DNA from: a virus
Taxonomy: Duplodnaviria; Heunggongvirae; Uroviricota; Caudoviricetes
Strand: one strand, 5' to 3'
Length of the DNA: 14,532 nucleotides
Virus record (IMG/VR): IMGVR_UViG_3300032070_000001
Span: 76,183 to 90,714 of that record
Notes under the pieces: generated by a model
Database searches by the model: none
Seen by the model: the letters and a program-made list of their open reading frames with translations, nothing else
Told to the model about the DNA's origin: nothing
Shown here: piece after piece, positions 13,471 through 14,532 of the stretch
How the letters are laid out: each line of letters opens with the position of its first letter
How positions within the stretch are numbered: position 1 is the first letter of the stretch
Made by a program: the position numbers and the translations under genes

Positions 13471-13869
13471 ATGAAAACGATCCGCAGCGCCAGGTTACGC
13501 AGCGCCATGTTACGGCTCTTTCAAAGCGGTGCCACGAGCTACCAGCCCGAGGGCCTAGCCTATGAATCGGGCGACCCGCAGGTTACGCTTGAAAACCTTC
13601 GGCAACTGATGGCCCAAGGACTACGGATTCGAGACTTCCTCATCCGGCCAACTGGGGTGCTTGTGACGTTTAGCACCGGCGAGCAGTATTACACTCCAGC
13701 CCTCCGCATCAGGATCCAGGAACTAGCCGAAATTGCCGCCGAGGCAGGATTCGGCACCCTGGCGGCACTACGTACTTGGTGGTTGAGCCTGCCCCCGGAT
13801 TTCACCGGCCCGCTCGAAAGCCTCCACCCAGCCTCAGACTTCGAGCCGCCTCCTCTATCCCACCTCTAA
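13471..13869 (+). CDS. Hypothetical protein (132 aa), the only credible plus-strand gene
   Basis: Occupies sequence with no minus-strand gene and is preceded by a promoter-like sequence. Confidence 0.7.
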   Translation: MKTIRSARLRSAMLRLFQSGATSYQPEGLAYESGDPQVTLENLRQLMAQGLRIRDFLIRPTGVLVTFSTGEQYYTPALRIRIQELAEIAAEAGFGTLAALRTWWLSLPPDFTGPLESLHPASDFEPPPLSHL

Positions 13870-13897
13870 CTACCCCACCTCTAACTACCCCACCTCT
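13861..13897. repeat. 15-nt tandem repeat (CACCTCTAACTACCC x about 2.5) spanning the stop codon of the plus-strand gene
   Basis: Seen directly. Confidence 0.9.
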
Positions 13898-13940
13898 GGT
13901 TTGAGACACGGTGGCGGCTGCCGCGAGCCATTGATGACTG

Positions 13941-14268
13941 AGTTAATCATAGTTAAAGCAAAAGTTAACCAGACTCCGACGACGGCTGTTGCCGTAAGTC
14001 CTGGTATTTTGTATCTTTGCGTCGAGCAGGTTCGTCGGAGTTAACCAAAACGGACAGTTAACCAGGGTCGGTCTATTACTGCTATATTGCGCGCTGTTAT
14101 TCTATTATATATTATTTTTATTATTCTACTTTAATGAAGGGTTTACTGCAGTTGGATAAGCAAAGGTGGTTAACTTTAACTCGACCAAACCATTTTTCAT
14201 AACCTGTTGTCTAGGCCGAAGTTAGTGCGGGTGGTATGTTACCCCCGAGTTAATCACCCTGATTAACT
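13941..14268. other. Cluster of nine AGTTAA motifs around an AT-rich tract (origin- or terminus-like region)
   Basis: AGTTAA at 13941, 13951, 13963, 14039, 14056 and 14248; TTAACT at 14170, 14176 and 14263; 36 of 39 nt are A+T at 14097-14135. The functional call is inference. Confidence 0.55.
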
Positions 14269-14416
14269 AAATCCCCTGGTAGCGGGGGAGGCATGGCTGA
14301 TTCATGTTCAGTACCTTTCTATGTGGGGTGATGATTTGGTCCTTCGGGACTTTCATTTGATAGGGGGTTAGTTACCACCTCGATATGATGCCCTCTGTTG
14401 GACGGTATGAGTTTGG

Positions 14417-14532
14417 GCCGCCCGGACCCGCCGCCCGGACCCGCCGCCCGGACCCGCCGCCCGGACCCGCCGCCCGGACCCGCCGCCCGGACCCGCCGCC
14501 CGGACCCGCCGCCCGGACCCGCCGCCCGGACC
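14417..14532. repeat. Perfect 13-nt tandem array (GCCGCCCGGACCC) x 8.9, running off the window end
   Basis: Eight full copies plus 12/13 of a ninth. The unit length is not a multiple of 3. Confidence 0.97.

Noticed and set aside
13900-14416. tRNA, rRNA or coding gene in the right-end gap
   Set aside because: No cloverleaf or T-loop/D-loop signature was found by eye, and the track has no ORF of 60 aa or more here.

Overview
About 14.5 kb of GC-rich, densely packed, almost entirely minus-strand DNA. It reads like the early/accessory region of a bacteriophage, prophage or other mobile element; a Planctomycete-like host is a guess from two small protein families. No structural phage genes, tRNA, rRNA or CRISPR were seen. 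Six related sigma70-like promoters (TTGACTTT-N16-18 spacer-TAnnnT, five followed by T[G/C]A[A/G]TAG) split the region into short transcription units. Recognisable products: two adjacent GHKL-ATPase + zincin-motif proteins (one, missing from the ORF track, has a permuted GHKL motif order), a Topo VIA/Spo11-like (Mini-A-type) protein, a SprT-like metalloprotease, an HNH endonuclease, an Rmf/CrpP-like small protein, a secreted Gly/Tyr-rich protein and two tandem serine recombinases (one canonical, one degenerate). Three genes are broken by single-base indels in homopolymer runs, most likely assembly errors. The right end is non-coding and origin- or terminus-like, with clustered AGTTAA motifs, an AT-rich tract and a G-quadruplex-prone 13-mer array running off the window. 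All family calls come from motif recognition by eye, not database searches.
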